Shown piece by piece: positions 51,698 to 64,000 of a stretch of 64,000 nt of DNA. Within the stretch, counting starts at the first letter, position 1. Every line of letters begins with the position of its first letter. Position numbers and translations under genes: made by a program. The stretch covers positions 10,540,001 through 10,604,000 of the forward strand of contig OX597815.1 of assembly GCA_951406725.2 (NCBI GenBank). Direction: 5' to 3'. The notes beneath the pieces are model-generated. The model had not been told where the DNA came from, ran no database searches, and was given only the letters and a program-made list of their open reading frames with translations. Source of the stretch: Octopus vulgaris. Taxonomy: Eukaryota.

Positions 51698-52354
51698 TTT
51701 AAATATGTGTTGTGCAAGATTTTTTATGTGAAGTCGTGTGTTGAAACAGATATTGGCTAAACTGGCAATATGACCATTCCGAAATATAACAATATATATA
51801 TATATATGTTTGTGTGTCTGTGTTTGTCCCCACACACTATTGCATGACAACCGATGTTGGTGTGCTTACGTCCCCGTAAATTAGCAGTTCGGTAAAAGCG
51901 ACTGATAGAATAAGTGCTAGGCTTGCAAAGAATAAATCCTGTGGTTGATTTATTTGTTCGACTAAATGCGGTGCTCCAGCATGGCCGCAGTCAAATGGCA
52001 AACGAATAATAGAAAAAGAAGATTAACAGAATCTTCCTTGAGTCTTTAGTCTTTTTTCTAAATATGTTTCTAGTGGTATAAAAATATAACACGCTTTTAT
52101 TTGTAAAATAAAAATCACGTGGTAGATGACTCTAAAACGTGGTTTTTGCATGTGATGATTGTGTTCCGAACATTGTTTGACAGCTAATCAAATCTCGATT
52201 ACTAATCGTTTTTTTGATGCGTTTACGAATGTTTTTACTTATTCTGTTAACTCTTCTCCAAAACCTATATTTTTTTTTAAATATTAAAATATTCAGAAAT
52301 TTCAAGCTAAGACTTCAAGAAACCTCAAATTACAACAACAGCAACAATAATGAT

Positions 52355-52780
52355 AATCCTTTTTACTAAAGGTCTGAAATTTGGTGGCATGGTACTAGTT
52401 GATTATATATCGACCCCAATTTTTCACTGGTACTTAACTCATCGATCCCGAAAGGATGAAAGGCGAAGTCGACCTCGGCGGAATTTGAACTCAGAACGTA
52501 GTAACTGACGAAATACATTACTACCCACAAGGGGCTACACACAGAGGGGACAAACAAGGACAGACAAACGGATTAAGTTGATCATATCGATCCCAGTGCG
52601 TAACTGGTACTTATTTAATCGACCCCGAATGGATGAAAGGCAAAGTCGACCTCAGCGGAATTTGAACTCAGAACGTAGCGGCAGACGAAATACCGCTAAG
52701 CATTTCGTCCTGCGTTGTAACGATTGTGCCAGCTCGCCGCCTTAATAATAATAATGATAATAATGATGATGATAATAATG

Positions 52781-52812
<32 letters not shown>

Positions 52813-53031
52813 AATACTCCTTTCTACTACAGACACAAGGTGTAAAATTGTTGGGAAGGGGGACTAATCGATTACATCGACCCCAGTGTTTTTACTGGTA
52901 CTTAATTCATCGACCCCGAAAGGATGAAAGGCAAAGTCAATCTCAACGGAATTTGAACTCACATCGTAGCGACAGGCGAAATGCCGCCAAGCCTATTGTC
53001 CAGCGTGCTAACGATTCTGCCAGCTCGCCGC
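52355..53031 (-). mobile_element. Two family A SINEs separated by (AAT)n
   Basis: Heads CCAGCTCGCCGCC at about 52742 and 53031. Confidence 0.8.
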
Positions 53032-53839
53032 CTGGATAATAATAATAATGATGATGATGATGATAATACGGAAAAGTTACTGAGGTTTGTTCAGGGAAGG
53101 CCACCACGTATAGTCAGCATCTGAATATGGTGGTTGTAAATAAGATGAAAAACACCCTGTTTGTTATAGATATTACATACCCTGGTGAGGACTGTGTATC
53201 GGAAAGAGAAAAAATGCAGGTCATATACGATGATTTGAAGAGGGAGATAAGCATACTGGGATCATGCATTGTAACTGTTGGTGGTGGTACCCAAGGGACA
53301 TGAAATAGAAACTCTAAGAGAGAAAGAGAGAGAGAGAAAAAAGAGTTTTCAACAGAAGGAGAGTGGTAGGGATGGAATAAAGGGAACGCAATTCCAGGCA
53401 TAAAATCTGCCCCACCTCTCTCTGTTATATCCTTATGGGTAAACGAATTCACTGCAACAGTGTAATAACAATATAATCGAAACAAACGGCAGTGACCACA
53501 CGCAACGTAACAACTATTTTTTAAGCATCGACAATCCAACACGGTAACTCGAACTGTGAACTTTGAACTCCAAATTTGAACTGTCAAGACAGGAACTGTA
53601 GAACTAGCACAATGAGTCTATTAAAACCACAAGGGTTAAACAAAGAGGAGACAATACACGGGACAAAAAGGGGTTCGGTGACTTGGATGAGATTACCTAT
53701 AGTGAATAAAAACATAATTATGAGATAGTGAATGGATGCGCAACCAACAACATTCCGCTACTCTTTATATGTAGTGGTCCAGTCCATTCCCGCCAAAATC
53801 TCATCTCCCCTTTTGAGATTTCGTGTTCGAAAGGAATAA

Positions 53840-53890
<51 letters not shown>

Positions 53891-53893
<3 letters not shown>

Positions 53894-55552
53894 TATTATA
53901 AAAGGCAGATTTTATCTGCCTCCCTTTGTCACTTATAGAAATCTACAATATAGGATTTCTTTAATTACAATTTACCTAGCATTTTTAAGAGTAGAATGCA
54001 TCGGGTCATGCCAGGTCCAGTTTTTAAAATTTAAACTCCAATTAAGCAAAATTTACGGAAAAGTCACATTCTGGTGTGTATGTCAAATGCTTTTCTTAAT
54101 GTGGTTTACACCACACGCACACGCACACACACAGTGTGCAACGAATAAAATGAAAGTAAATAGCGACAGAGTGATTTGAGGAAGACTAAACTGAAAGTAT
54201 TTAAACCACTACTCAAAAAATAAAAAAACACAGCAAACAGAAACAAATAAATACATAACGATTTACTCCTCACACAATTTCTTCAATTAGAGTTTACCTA
54301 AGATTTTTCAAAGTACTCCATTCGGTCATGCCATAATATATTTCTTTCAATTTCACCCCCAATTAAGACAAAATTCGAGAAAACTCAATATTTTAACATT
54401 TCACTCCGAAAGCATTGATGTACATGTGTGCGTGCGTGAGTGTGTGTGTGTGTGTGTGTGTTTGATGGGTTGTTCTACACAGAAAGTGTGGTGTGTAAGT
54501 GAAGTGCTTTTGTTAGTGTGTGTAAAGAGACAGACAGAGTGAAAGACAGAAATAACTGAACTTTTTTTATTCACTTTTTGTAGTGAGTGACTGAGAGAGA
54601 AAAGAGAGAGATAGGTTATGTATGTATATATGTATGTATGGCTTCAGTGACACACACACACAAAAACACATACCTACGTACACCTAAAGCACGCACACAC
54701 ACACACACAAGCGGAGCGCGAACTTCAAAATTTTGGTAGTATTAATTTGCGAGCGTACTTCTAAGCGCGCGTAATTGAAAGTTTTCACTATGATATCATC
54801 ACGTGCGAAAAAATTCGAAGGGTTTTGAACAATTGAGATACAGATGTCACGCCTGTATTGAAACCATTGCTAAGCTGCCGTAATTGCTTAATTAAGACTT
54901 TGTTTAAATTGAAAGGGGCAAATATGTGACGAGGTTGAAAAAAATACCCCAGAAAAAAAAATGTACTGCTGGTATTTATATAATTCACTACTATTTTGCT
55001 ACAATGTCATGAAAAAAAAAAAAATTTAGGTATGTAAATCGAATTCGCCACCCCCTTTTCCCCGTTCGCGTTTGTGTAAAAAAAATTATTATTTAAGTTT
55101 TAAAAATTATTTACTTTGTTCCAAAAAATATTAATATTAATTAATTTTCAAGAATTATTTAATTTTATTCTGTAAAATAGTAATTAATTCATTTATCTGT
55201 AAATCCGCGAGGTTGTTACTCAGGCACCTAGAATGGTAACCTTCAACTAACACTATCTCCTCCGAGACCCTGCGGCGCAAGTTGACCAAAATTGAGAGTA
55301 TGGTAGAAGAAGGGTTGCTTTTCCTTCCGTAGAACATAAAATTCAAATCGGACCATGTTAACACCAAAAATTATTTACATCAAAAAGATGCTTTTTTCTA
55401 TGAAAATCCCTATTTTTTACGATTTTTTCACTGCTGTGTCGCCACTTTTCGGTGTATTTCGACCAGAAAAATGTTCACAAAATTTTTACTTTTCAAAATT
55501 ACAATTCCAGCGGGTCGAAACAAACCCGAGCAACGCCGGGCGATACTGCTAG
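53891..55552 (+). mobile_element. Non-autonomous Helitron
   Basis: A|TC 5' end, 3' hairpin CCCGAGCAACGCCGGG then CTAG|T, no TSD, inserted in (TA)n. Confidence 0.85.
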
Positions 55553-56346
55553 TATATATATATATTCGCTTTGGCATTATCTCAAGGTGTTCGGTCTGCT
55601 TTCTTTTTCTCGTGCTTGTTCTACGGGACGCTATTACTTTTGGTACCGGTACATCGACTATTTCACAGAATACTTCTATGGGAATATCTCCCTGATCTTG
55701 GGCATGCCTCTTCCTTAGTTGGTTTATATGTCTCTTGTGTTCACTATATGACCTTTTAATTAAATACGTCATTCTTCCAATTTTCCTGGTAACAAGGCCA
55801 TCTTCCCGACCCTCTTTACCGTTTCTGTAGGTTTTGAAATGCATTTCATTACATATCTCTTTGTCAAATACTTTGAGCCTTTTTCATTTACTTTTATCTG
55901 TAAATAGACTTCAGAAAAATTTTTCCATCATTTAAGTTTGAAAAAATGTCCTCTGCGGTCGGAAGTGGATGGTGGAATATTTTTAAGCAGTCGTTCAATC
56001 CTGTAGAGAAATCGGTACACAGCCCAGCCTAATCTTCTTATTTTTTAAAAATACATTCCGTGGGTGCTGCCCACTTCGAGTAATCTACCTTTTTGATGGC
56101 TCTTCTCTTTTCCAGTCTGTCCAACTCTTCATTTACGGTTTCAATTTCCGCGAACGGTACTCTTTTCTGTTTGCTTTAAATACAGATACAGCGTTTTCAC
56201 TTACTTGGAAATAAACTTCCGTCTTTCTACATAGATCTAAGTTCTCTGATAACACTTGCGGGATTACTTTTTAAAAAATTTTCTTCAGTTCTTCCGCAGA
56301 CTTGTTTTTACTGGGACAAACATTTATGTTATTGCAGTAAATATTG

Positions 56347-56793
56347 GGATCTTTTCGGTCTGACCGGCAGTTTTTTAAAATAATTTCCACGTAACTAAAC
56401 ACTTTTAAACTTCGTATACTGGTAGAATGTGTTTATAAAACATCTCTTTCTCTTGGCTTTATTGAGAAAATTCTATAGTTTGTAAGATATTTGTTGTTTT
56501 TTTTTCTTCAATTTCTGCAATTTCAACCAATCAATGACGTCTACTGAGGTGAAAACATTCTGTGCCGTATGAATATGTCCCTCGTTTAAGAAACAGATTG
56601 GGTTTATTTACATTTCTGAAGAAAAAAAGATACTCTTCCCCCACCCCTAACCCTAACTAACCCAAATCATCCCTAACTAACCCTGACCCTAAAACAGATT
56701 GAAATGCAATAGATCGATACTAGGGTCATAATTATGGGTGACAACTTCATATGACACCGCTAGAAAAAACTGCCGTTCAAACCGAAAAGATCC
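56347..56793 (-). mobile_element. GGATC-TIR MITE with 8-bp TSD, nested in the Gypsy
   Basis: TSD AAATATTG at 56339 and 56794; reverse copy of 27077-27493. Confidence 0.9.
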
Positions 56794-56899
56794 AAATATT
56801 GTATTATCCACAACGAATAATTTTGCTTCGCATGTCTTTCCTCGAAATGTGACGTCGATACAGGTTTTGCCTATGAACTGTAAATCTATCGCCCGTTAC

Positions 56900-57980
56900 A
56901 TCACGCGCTATTTTCGCTGTTTTACGTAATCTCGGTTTACCAATGTTTTCCAAGTATCCGCATTTATAACTGAAATATCACTACCTGTGTCTAACTGTAC
57001 TTTGGTATTCACATCCTTTATTTTTCGTGCACGAATTTTCTTGCTTTTCCGTCGCAATTACTCTCTACTGGAAACACCTTAGAACTTTTTGTGTTTGAGC
57101 CTCGTAGTCTTGTTCTACAATGAGAACTCCTGTGTCCCAGCTTCTGACAGCTATAGCACATTTTGTTTTTAAATGAACAATCCTTTTTGTTGTGTAGGCC
57201 TCCACAACCATGACACAGGTTTGGGGCTGACACTTTCTTCGATTGTGCTTCTCGGGACGACACATTTGAATTTTTTGTCTCGTATTTTTTTTCACATCAT
57301 ATTTAAGATTTATTATAGACTGACATTCTCCTGCGATGATCTGTAGAGATAAATCCTGGTTGGCTTGCTCCATTTTCGAGAGAATCCTCGCTCGAATTTC
57401 TCTATCTTCAGGTGCTAGAAGTCCTTACTCGAAGATAAGTGATTTGAACATATCCTGAGTGAGATCCTGGAGCTTGAAATTTTCGCACATACGTTTGACT
57501 ACTCCGGCGTAGGCGAAAAAATCCTCCTCATTTTTTTGTTAAGTTCCAACACTCCATTCGGGAGTTGGATAGTGAACTTCTATCGCAACAAATTTTTGAA
57601 GCAGTTCCACGGTTTCTTGGTTTCTCATTCGACTTTTAGGGCAAAATAAGTTACAGTAACGCTCATGTTCGGCAGGAGTTAACTTGCGCAGTAAAAGTCT
57701 TACTTTCTGCTCCTCAGACCATGACTTGTACTCGTTGTTAAAAATGTCCTCGTATCTTCTATGATACGCGGAAAACCTAATATCCTCCTCCGGATTATAC
57801 GCAAATTCTGAAGCTGTGTTAGCCACGCCGTCTGGCGTAAACGACCTTGCTGGATTTTCGAACTTCGCCAACTGTAACTCAATTAATTTTTGTTGTTGTA
57901 TTTGTTTTTGCAACTCCTGTAGTTGTTTCTGTTGCTTCTCTTGAAGCTGTACTGCTGCGGCTAATAAGTTTTCCATGACT
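56900..57980 (-). pseudogene. Gypsy gag-protease remnant
   Basis: EFAYNPEEDIRFSAYHRRYEDIF..KVRLLLRKL; CHGCGGLHNKKDCSFKNKMCYSCQKLGHRSSHC; VQLDTGSDISVIN. Confidence 0.85.
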
Positions 57981-58257
57981 GAGAAATTGTCAAATAACCA
58001 AATGTAAGTTTCGAACAATCTTCCTCGGCAGTTGTTATTTCCTTATGGATAAACGAATACAGTGCAAAAGTGTAATAATAATATAATCGAGACAAACAGC
58101 AGTAACCACACGTAACGTACCAACCTTTTAAGAACCAACTATCCAGCACGCTAACTCGAACTTTGAACTGTCAGCACACGAAGCGCCTCACTTACTCAGT
58201 CCGCTACTATTTATATGTAGTGGAATTCTCGCCAGGGGGTATCGTACTCTTGCACAG

Positions 58258-58297
<40 letters not shown>

Positions 58298-58596
58298 TTT
58301 TTCAAAATTTTCTCTAAATTTCTACCTATCTTATAATTTTCAAAATAATTGTCGAATTTCCAAGGTAAGTTAAGCTACAGTAACCCCAAAAAACCTTCGC
58401 TTTTCCATAGCCTGTATGAACAGACGAACTCTTTGCAGTACGTAAGCGCAACATTCTTCTCACCTACGTAATTTTAACTATCTTAATATCTTCAAGTGAC
58501 TTTTCAAATGATTACTTTATCAAGTTAAGATCACTTTTGCAAATAACAGTGAGACAAAATGCTAAATAGGTTTTACTGAAAACTATTTTAAGAAAA

Positions 58597-58875
58597 GAGC
58601 GGTTGTACACTGTCAACCTAACGTGACAGTCCCATAAAGGGAATCACACCACCGCTATTTAGCCCTAGGAAGCATCGACGTTTCCTGTCGGCTTTGACAC
58701 ATTTCCTGTGTCCTTATATTTACGAAGGGGAGACAAGCCCCCCCCCCCCCAACAGCTAGGCCTGCATCTAGTTTCAGGCCTAGCTGTTGGGGGTCGATGC
58801 TTCCAAGGGCTAAATAGCGGTGGTATGATTCCCTTTATGGGACTGTCACGCTAAGTTGACAGTATACAACAGCTC
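58597..58875. repeat. Nested fold-back: about 83-bp outer arms plus 19-bp inner hairpin
   Basis: GAGCGGTTGTACACTGTCAAC..GCATCGAC pairs with GTCGATGC..GTTGACAGTATACAACAGCTC; inner CCCCCAACAGCTAGGCCTG / CAGGCCTAGCTGTTGGGGG. Confidence 0.9.
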
Positions 58876-59706
58876 TATCGCTCCACCACCGCTCATATCT
58901 CTCTGAGATATTTAGAAATTTAATATTTCTTATTTTAAGAAAAGATTTTTGATAAATATTTACGTTTAGATGCTTAAACACGTCCCTATCTAAATATATC
59001 GGGAACTTAAAGGTAATATTAACGAAATCAATTGGTCCGATATAGAACACGTGTCATCTTACATACAATTTTATTGTCTTCAGAAAACGTGATCATTACC
59101 TCCTCTCATAACCTTTTGCATTATTAAGCAAAATATCGGAATTTGTGAATTCTTTCAGACACAGTCGTCGGAATGTAAATATACATTTCCAAGTATCAAC
59201 TGGCTAAAATAATCTACTTCCCATTTAATGGATTTCCAATGCTTTGAAAGTTGATCGCATTAGAAAAAACGAAAAAAACCCAACCCGCCATAAAAAAAAA
59301 AACCCAAAACAAAACAAAAATAAACGGCATAATCAATAATATTGAAGCAAAAAACGTATCACATGCTTTTACTTTTAAAATGGTGAGTCAACCACGTGTT
59401 CTGAACGTGACAACTAACTGTGTCGATAAACGCCTCACGCGTTTTCGAACAATTTAATTTACAGCTAATCAAATCTCCATGACTAATCGTATTTTGATGT
59501 GTTTACAAATGTTTTTACCTATTTTTGTAACCCTGCCCCTCTCCCATTTTATGCATTTACCCTTTCCCTCTTTTACTCGTTTCAGTCATTTGACTGCGGC
59601 CATACTGGTGCACCACCATTTATTGATTTTTTTAAATATTTGAATAATAGGAAACTTGGGGAGTAAAAACGTAAAGAGACTTCCACTTACAGTAATAGTA
59701 ATAATG

Positions 59707-59758
<52 letters not shown>

Positions 59759-59774
59759 TAATAATCCTTTATCA

Positions 59775-60028
59775 TTTACTTGTTTCAGTCATTTAGACTG
59801 CGGCCATGCTGGAGCACCACCGTGAAGAATTTTAGTCGAACAAATCGACCCCGGTACTTATCGATTTTAAGCCTGGTACTTCTATCGGTATCTTTTGCTG
59901 AACCGACAGTTTACGGGAACGGGAATGCTTCGACACCGGTTGTCAAGCGGTGCTGGGGGAAAAAACACTGACACAAACTCTGTCTGTCTGTCTGTCACAC
60001 GTACATACATACATACATACATACATAT

Positions 60029-60083
<55 letters not shown>

Positions 60084-60235
60084 GACGGGCTTCTTTCAGT
60101 TTTTGTCTACCAAATTCATTCGCAAGGTTTTGGTCGACCCGAGGTTATGGTAGAAAATAATTGCCCAAAATGCCATGCAGTGAGAACTGTAACCATGTTG
60201 TTGATAAAGAAAATTTTTACTACACAGCCACTCCT
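59775..60235 (-). mobile_element. SINE family C
   Basis: Reverse match to both halves. Confidence 0.75.
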
Positions 60236-60279
60236 TCACATAATAATAATAATAACAATAGTACTAATAATAATATTTT

Positions 60280-61232
60280 AATCTGTAAACAGTGTCAAAA
60301 GTACTTTTACATGTACATAATAGCAAACATCTTTTACTGTCATCTTAATATCTGACTATCATCTTATAATCAAATTACTTTTAAAACAAATTTCTAATTT
60401 ACATTTTTTTTGTCTGGCACAATTCTCTGGAACAATACTCTGTTCAAAACCAAATATATGGCACCCTAGTCATCATACCAAATTGAGCTTCAAACTTGTC
60501 ACTTGAGATCTTTGGGTGAGACTTAGAGTCAACTTGTACAAATACAAAACAAAAAAGCCAAACATATTAAAGTAATAATAACCCCGATGCAGTATCTTGC
60601 AGTAACTCTCATATCTTCTGATCTTAACTCATTGGAAGTGTCTTAGTGTAAAAGATGAATTACATCAAGTATTCTGCTCATACTACAGATTTACTGATCA
60701 GTTGCTTCACCTTAACCAGTTGAGCACATCCCTTGGTGGCTGATGATATGTGCATCTCTGGTTATGAACAGGAGTATTACGGGAACATCATAGCAAAATC
60801 TTGAGAGGAATTATTTGGGCTTTGAATAATTTACCTCTGGAAATATGGGTATTTCGTTCATCACCCTTAAACAACCCTCATTCAGGGCCCTTTTTAGCGG
60901 GATAGGCTACTCGAAAAAGCATCGTCTATATGATTCCAAAAACACGTTAATCTGTAAACATCATCAAAAATACTTTTAAATGTACGTAATAGTAAAACAG
61001 GTTTTACTGTCATCTTAAGATCACACTATCATCTTATCAAATTACTTTTAAAACAAACTTTTGATTTTCTAATGTTTTGACAGACACTTAAAAGAATAAA
61101 ACCAAAAATATGGCACCCTAGTTATAATACCGACTTGAACTTCTAGTTTTTATATCTTGAGGTCTCTGGGTGAAACTTGGAGTCAACTTGTATAAACACA
61201 AAGCAAAAGCCAAACAAAAAACAAATAATAGC

Positions 61233-61275
<43 letters not shown>

Positions 61276-61815
61276 GCCCTCCTACTGTACCAGGCACTAG
61301 CTCCCATGGCTTCCGATCTTAACACATTGGAAGTGTTATCATGTACATTGTTTTGTCTTGGTATAAAAGCTGGGCTACAGCAAATATTCTGCTAAATATC
61401 ACAGATTTACTTGTCAGTTGCTTGACATCAACCAGTTGAGCATGTCACTTAGCGGTTCACGATATGTGCATCTATGATCACGAGCAGAAGTAGTGGGGGA
61501 GCATCATAGCTACTTCTTGAGAAGAATTATCTGGGATTTGAACATTCACCTCTGGAAACATGGGTGTTTCGTTCAACATCCTTAAACTACCCTCATTCAA
61601 GGACCTTTTGAGCGGGATGTGCTACTTGACCCGAAAAAAATTCTAACAGGTCATGCGCTGTTTATCTTGGTATGAGGTCACCATGTCGTGCACATATGGT
61701 TGTGGTGCATGTGCCTGGTGTACCCTTATCAGACAGGTACTCACGATGGGTGTATTGGGCTTCATATATTTGTACCCCAGTATCACTTTGATGGCATGCG
61801 CTGCTCTCTCATTCA
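60280..61815 (+). repeat. Tandem pair of (Dong 3' UTR fragment + AAT + family D) units
   Basis: CAAATATATGGCACCCTAG..CTTGAGRTCTYTGGGTGARACTT..CAACTTGTA (matches 9847-9965 reversed) at about 60450 and 61105, each followed by family D. Confidence 0.75.
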
Positions 61816-62506
61816 ATAATAATAATAACAATAATAATAATAATAAATGAGACATTGCATTATTGTGGCTTAGTAAAGTTATTATCAATAAAAGGAAACA
61901 GATATTGTAGAAGTTAGACCAAAAATCAAGAAAACGGTTCATAATGCACCCAGCATTCCACTTCTAGAGCGATATTGAGAGACTGTCTCTAAGCAGACAC
62001 AAAGGAGAGGAACGGCTAATCAGCTGTGAAACTTGTTTATTGTTTGCAGAAATATCTTGAAGTGTTTCATTAACCTTTGCTGTTTCAAGGGAGGCCATCT
62101 TATATAGTCAGGACAGATACTTGTGTGGAAAACAAGAGTACAAATGAAAATGAGTAAGAAAGACGAGAGAAAAGGAAATGGAAAAAGTTGTATAGGAAAC
62201 TTCTCAATAAATTTCTAACCATCTTATAGCTTTCAATATAACAGTCCAATAACAGTCCATTTAAAAGACCCCAAAATCTTGTCCGTTCTATTGCAAGTAT
62301 AAAATGAAGATTTTGCAGTACGAACACGCAAAACTCTTCTCGCCTATGCAATTATAACAACCCTAATTAATATTTGGCCTCAGAATAGGGAGTGTCTTCC
62401 TAACCAATTACTTTATTGAGTTCGGATCACCTCTGCAAATGACACTGAAGCAAAATACTGAACAGAATTAATTGAAAACTATTTTAAGAAATGATCTTTC
62501 GCAATA

Positions 62507-62551
<45 letters not shown>

Positions 62552-62689
62552 CGGAGATGTACTCGCATAGCAAGTAATTTGATCTGAGATCGTGTGCTGA
62601 AACGAAAACAATTGCAGCGTGGAAGGTGTTTATAAGCCATTTAAGAAACACACAAAAGCCGTTCGATTCACTTCAACATTTAAGTTTAA

Positions 62690-62738
62690 TTTGTCAAAAT
62701 ATTTTCGTCGCTAAAACTGCGACCTGTTCACTGACAAA
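62690..62738 (-). ncRNA. Hammerhead-shaped motif with non-canonical core
   Basis: Minus strand TTTGTCA-GTGAACAG-GTCGC..GCGAC-GAAA-ATAT-TT-TGACAAA, in a 205-bp element between (TA)n tracts. Confidence 0.45.
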
Positions 62739-62750
62739 GTCCGTGCTGCT

Positions 62751-62805
<55 letters not shown>

Positions 62806-62809
<4 letters not shown>

Positions 62810-63031
62810 CTTTACTACCCACAAGGGCTAAACACAGAGGGGACAAACAAGGAAAGACAAAGGGATTAAGTCAACTACATAGACCCCAGTGCGTAACTGG
62901 TACTTAATTTATCGACCCCGAAAGGATGAAAGGCAAAGTCGACCTCGGCGGAATTTGAACTCGGAACGTAACGACAGACGAAATACGGCTACGAATTTCG
63001 CCCGGCGTGCTAACGTTTCTACCAGCTCGCC
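62806..63031 (-). mobile_element. Family A SINE monomer
   Basis: Single unit plus head between (TA)n tracts. Confidence 0.85.
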
Positions 63032-64000
63032 TATATATATATATATATATATACATATATCTGGACGCTTAACCACAACACAAACCAAATATATCTAATA
63101 TTTAAAAGATTATAATAGAACACGTGCCATTCTATGTACAACATCGATGGCTTCAGAAAACGTGACCATTGCCTCCTACGACTTCAGTACTGAGCAGAAT
63201 GTTGGAATTCTTGAATCCTTTCAGACACTTCTGTTGGGTCTTATTGATGGATTGATGGATTTTCAAATATCAACTGGGTAAATAAATGTAGTTTCCGCTT
63301 AGTGGATTTTCAATGCCTTGAAAACTAAATCGAACAGGGAAAACAATTAAAACGAAAACATATTCACTCACCAACACTGAAAGTACATTAAAAATAAACA
63401 TTTTCGTTGTATTTGTATGCTATATACTTAGACACACACACACTTCTGCAGATATAGATATATCACTCACTTTAACTTGTAAACAGATGAATCTGCCACG
63501 TGTTTCTGCATGTGACAATTGTGTCAATGAATATGTATCACATTTTAACAGCTTCTGACAGTTAATCAAATCTTGAAGTGATTACAAATAACTTTTGATT
63601 ATTTTTTTGTGTCTCCTTGATTCCCATATGTTGTTTGATCGTTTAAATATTCGGAAACATGATATTCGGAGTAAGAAGTCAAGACACTTCTACTTACAAC
63701 ATTAATAACAACGACATTAACTCATTGGAAGTGTCAATGTGTACATACTTTGTCTTGGTGTAAAAGATGAATTACATCAAGTATTCTGATCATGCTACAG
63801 ATTTTCTGGCCAGTTGCTTAACCTTAACCAGTTGAGCATATCCCTTGGTGGCTGATGATACGTGCATCTCTGATTATGAACAGGAGTATTAGGGGAACAT
63901 CATAGCAAATCTTGAGAGGAATTATACAAAGACAACAGTAACAATACTTTCAGTTTTTTGGCACAAAACCAGCACGTTTGGGGGAAAGAGTATAAATCAC

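Larger units (their letters stand above)
51017..52005 (+). mobile_element. Family C SINE split by a Penelope-like insertion in its internal (TA)n
   Basis: Head 51017-51137, 3' half about 51810-52005. Confidence 0.75.
53423..58240 (-). mobile_element. Decayed, internally deleted Ty3/Gypsy LTR retrotransposon
   Basis: Related LTRs at 53423-about 53830 and 58033-about 58240 ending ..TAACA; degenerate PBS ACTGCCGAGG; gag, CCHC, protease, RT start (KVDYSKWAAP) and integrase C-terminus (55560-55844). Confidence 0.8.

Overview
AT-rich, microsatellite-dense eukaryotic DNA that looks like octopus (cephalopod) intronic or intergenic sequence. This assignment rests on the SINE families and the (TA)n/(CA)n/(AAT)n density. 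No host protein-coding gene can be supported, only three weak candidate exons. The window is almost entirely mobile-element derived. It holds a near-complete R4/Dong-clade RLE retrotransposon stacked with relatives in an (AAT)n tract; decayed Tx1/L1, RTE, CR1, Dong, Penelope and Gypsy elements; mariner and maT-like transposase remnants; two non-autonomous Helitrons; 8-bp-TSD MITEs; and four tRNA-derived SINE families. The most notable hidden signal is about ten Penelope-type minimal hammerhead ribozyme motifs with palindromic stem III in short elements sitting in (TA)n tracts. Two have a fully canonical core and three lie within 1.1 kb. Also notable are multimeric SINEs inserted as single TSD-flanked units and several fold-back palindromes. 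All coordinates were read by eye and may be off by a few bases; no database search or folding program was run.
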